Source: an uncultured Chloroflexia bacterium (lineage in GTDB: Bacteria > Chloroflexota > Dehalococcoidia > UBA2979). Taken from it: a stretch of 64,000 bases of DNA. The DNA lies in assembly GCA_963728205.1 (NCBI GenBank), contig CAVSIV010000004.1, positions 168,643 to 232,642 on the forward strand, in the 5' to 3' direction. Positions 62,333 to 64,000 of the stretch are shown here, one piece after another. Under the pieces are notes generated by a model that saw nothing but the letters and a program-made list of their open reading frames with translations, had not been told where the DNA came from and did no database searches. The translations under genes were made by a program, and so were the position numbers. The stretch's first letter is position 1, and the number at the start of each line of letters is the position of its first letter.

Positions 62333-64000
62333 TCACTCCTTCTGGATCGAAGCCGATGTCATCTGCTTTGCCACGGTGGACATCTGGAGATCCGCCTGAA
62401 GCTGCCAAGCGTCCAGAGTCGTGCCGACAAATGGGATGAAGTTCGGTACGAGAACGCCGGCGGTCGCTCGTGCGAGTGCACCCCGACAGTCACCGCTGAA
62501 CCCCTCCGACCGGCATGTCCCGTAAGCACCGATCGCACTCAGCGCGTCGGCGACATACCGGGATGGCAGGACCAAGACATCCACGGCACCTGCGGGCAGC
62601 GGACCGCCCGCGAGGAACGCTGCCGAAATTGCCGTATCGGCGAAGGTGTTGATGCCGATCCCGAACGCGTCGAGTGACCGAATCGTCTTTGGACTCTGGA
62701 GGGAAGCGTCGAGCGCCGATGCCGCGTCACCTATGCACTCCCACGGCTTGAGCCAGGCGCAGAGGCCCAGCGGATCGACCATCAGAGCTGGGTTGTCGCT
62801 CGCATACACATACCGCTGTGCGAACTCCACCGGGTCGCGCGAGATGAACCGCCCCGTGGCCGGGTCGTAGTAGCGCGCCCGCAGGAAGTAGTACCCGGTG
62901 TCGCCCGAGCCGTCGTCGGCCTGCTCCCCCGTGAACTTCCACGCCGTCGCCGTCGTCCCCGTGCGCGCCGTCACCGCCCCGAACGCGTCGTACACGAACG
63001 TGTCCGTCACGGCGCCCGTCCCGTCGGTGAGGTCCGACACCGACCCCAGCCCATCGTACGAGAGGTAGTGCTGGGTCCCGGAGCCGTCCGCCATCGAGAT
63101 CAGGTCCAGCCCGTACACGTAGCTGTACGTCCCGTCCTGGAGCACCACCGGCAGCGCCGACACCGCGTCCCACGTGTACGTCGTCGTCGTCCCGTTCACC
63201 GTGTGGCTCAGCCGCAGCCCGTTGCCGTCGTACACCGAGGACGAGGTCACCCCGCCCACCACCGCCTGCGTCAGCCGGTTCTCGTGGTCGTACGTGAACG
63301 TATCCGACCCCGCGCCCGTCTGGTTCCCGTTCGCATCGTACGTGTAGCTCACGCCGCCGGCGGCGGTCATCTCGTTCGCGTCGTCGTACGTGTACGACGT
63401 CGTGTTCTTCGCCGTCCGATTCCCGATCGCGTCGTACGTGTAGCTGTCCGTCGTCGGGCCCGGGTACGTCACCGAGGTGAGCCGGTCCAGGCTGTCGTAC
63501 GAGTACGAGGTGGTCCCCGCCCCCGCTCCCGTCGCCACCAGTTGCGTGCGGTTCCCCACCGCGTCCAGCGTGTAGGTAAAGCTCGAGAACGTCCCGCTGT
63601 TGGCGTTCGTCACCGACAGCAGCCGGTTCGCGTTGTCGTAGGTGTCGCTCGCCGCGACCCCGTTCGGGTAGGTCGTCGTCGTCAGGTTGCCGGCGTCGTC
63701 GTACGCGTAGCTCGTCTGGTTCGAGAGCCAGTCCGTCACCGTCGCCATGCGGTTGTCCGCATCGTAGGTGTAGCTCACCTGCTTCGTGTCCGGGTACGTG
63801 ATGCTCGTGCGGTTTCCCGCGTCGTCGTACGCGTACGACACCACGTTCGAGCCCGGATCGGTGATCGACGTCGTGCGACCGTCCGCGTCGTACGCGTAGT
63901 TCGTCGTCCCCTGCGGGTCGGTCATCGAGGTCTGGCGGTTCGCGTTGTCGTACGCGTAGCTGACCGTGTCGACCTTCGTCCCGCCGTTCCAGTGCTCGAG
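62333..64000 (-). CDS. RHS/YD-repeat protein, C-terminal part (frame open beyond window), possibly the full-length toxin
   Basis: Uninterrupted YD repeats, RHS core, DPLGLC, tip ending IQKE. Confidence 0.9.
   Translation of the reverse strand, partial: LEHWNGGTKVDTVSYAYDNANRQTSMTDPQGTTNYAYDADGRTTSITDPGSNVVSYAYDDAGNRTSITYPDTKQVSYTYDADNRMATVTDWLSNQTSYAYDDAGNLTTTTYPNGVAASDTYDNANRLLSVTNANSGTFSSFTYTLDAVGNRTQLVATGAGAGTTSYSYDSLDRLTSVTYPGPTTDSYTYDAIGNRTAKNTTSYTYDDANEMTAAGGVSYTYDANGNQTGAGSDTFTYDHENRLTQAVVGGVTSSSVYDGNGLRLSHTVNGTTTTYTWDAVSALPVVLQDGTYSYVYGLDLISMADGSGTQHYLSYDGLGSVSDLTDGTGAVTDTFVYDAFGAVTARTGTTATAWKFTGEQADDGSGDTGYYFLRARYYDPATGRFISRDPVEFAQRYVYASDNPALMVDPLGLCAWLKPWECIGDAASALDASLQSPKTIRSLDAFGIGINTFADTAISAAFLAGGPLPAGAVDVLVLPSRYVADALSAIGAYGTCRSEGFSGDCRGALARATAGVLVPNFIPFVGTTLDAWQLQADLQMSTVAKQMTSASIQKE

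Noticed and set aside
57780-63200. Repeated RHS cores as a diversity-generating retroelement or assembly duplication
   Set aside because: No reverse transcriptase and no adenine-specific variation; copies differ at synonymous sites and have distinct tips, as expected for orphan RHS cassettes

Overview
High-GC bacterial chromosome segment. The gene style suggests Chloroflexota (Dehalococcoidia-like), which is an inference. Bases 1-53 kb are mostly core genes: argG, argH, rpe, rpmB, fakA/DegV, recG, argS, trpS, citrate synthase, gatCA, a class A PBP, lipAB and aceE/aceF/lpdA. They also include a CoA-ester cluster resembling the lower ethylmalonyl-CoA pathway (Mcd, Mch, Mcl, an ADP-forming CoA ligase and a ferredoxin). 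Accessory highlights: (i) an exosortase with an EpsI-like domain, directly downstream of an 83-aa gene made only of a signal peptide, a 19-residue two-Cys peptide and an IPEVP-TM-Arg sorting signal; (ii) a 3.35-kb cargo element with perfect 31-bp terminal inverted repeats and a 14-16-bp target duplication but no transposase; (iii) a PIN toxin-antitoxin pair with a duplicated-domain antitoxin between argG and argH; (iv) two REP-like repeat families; (v) downstream of tRNA-Gly(CCC), an island with a second TA pair, an IS21 element and an array of RHS C-terminal toxin/membrane-immunity cassettes. Many single-base frameshifts in otherwise conserved genes probably reflect assembly errors. No database searches were run, so all calls come from motif recognition.
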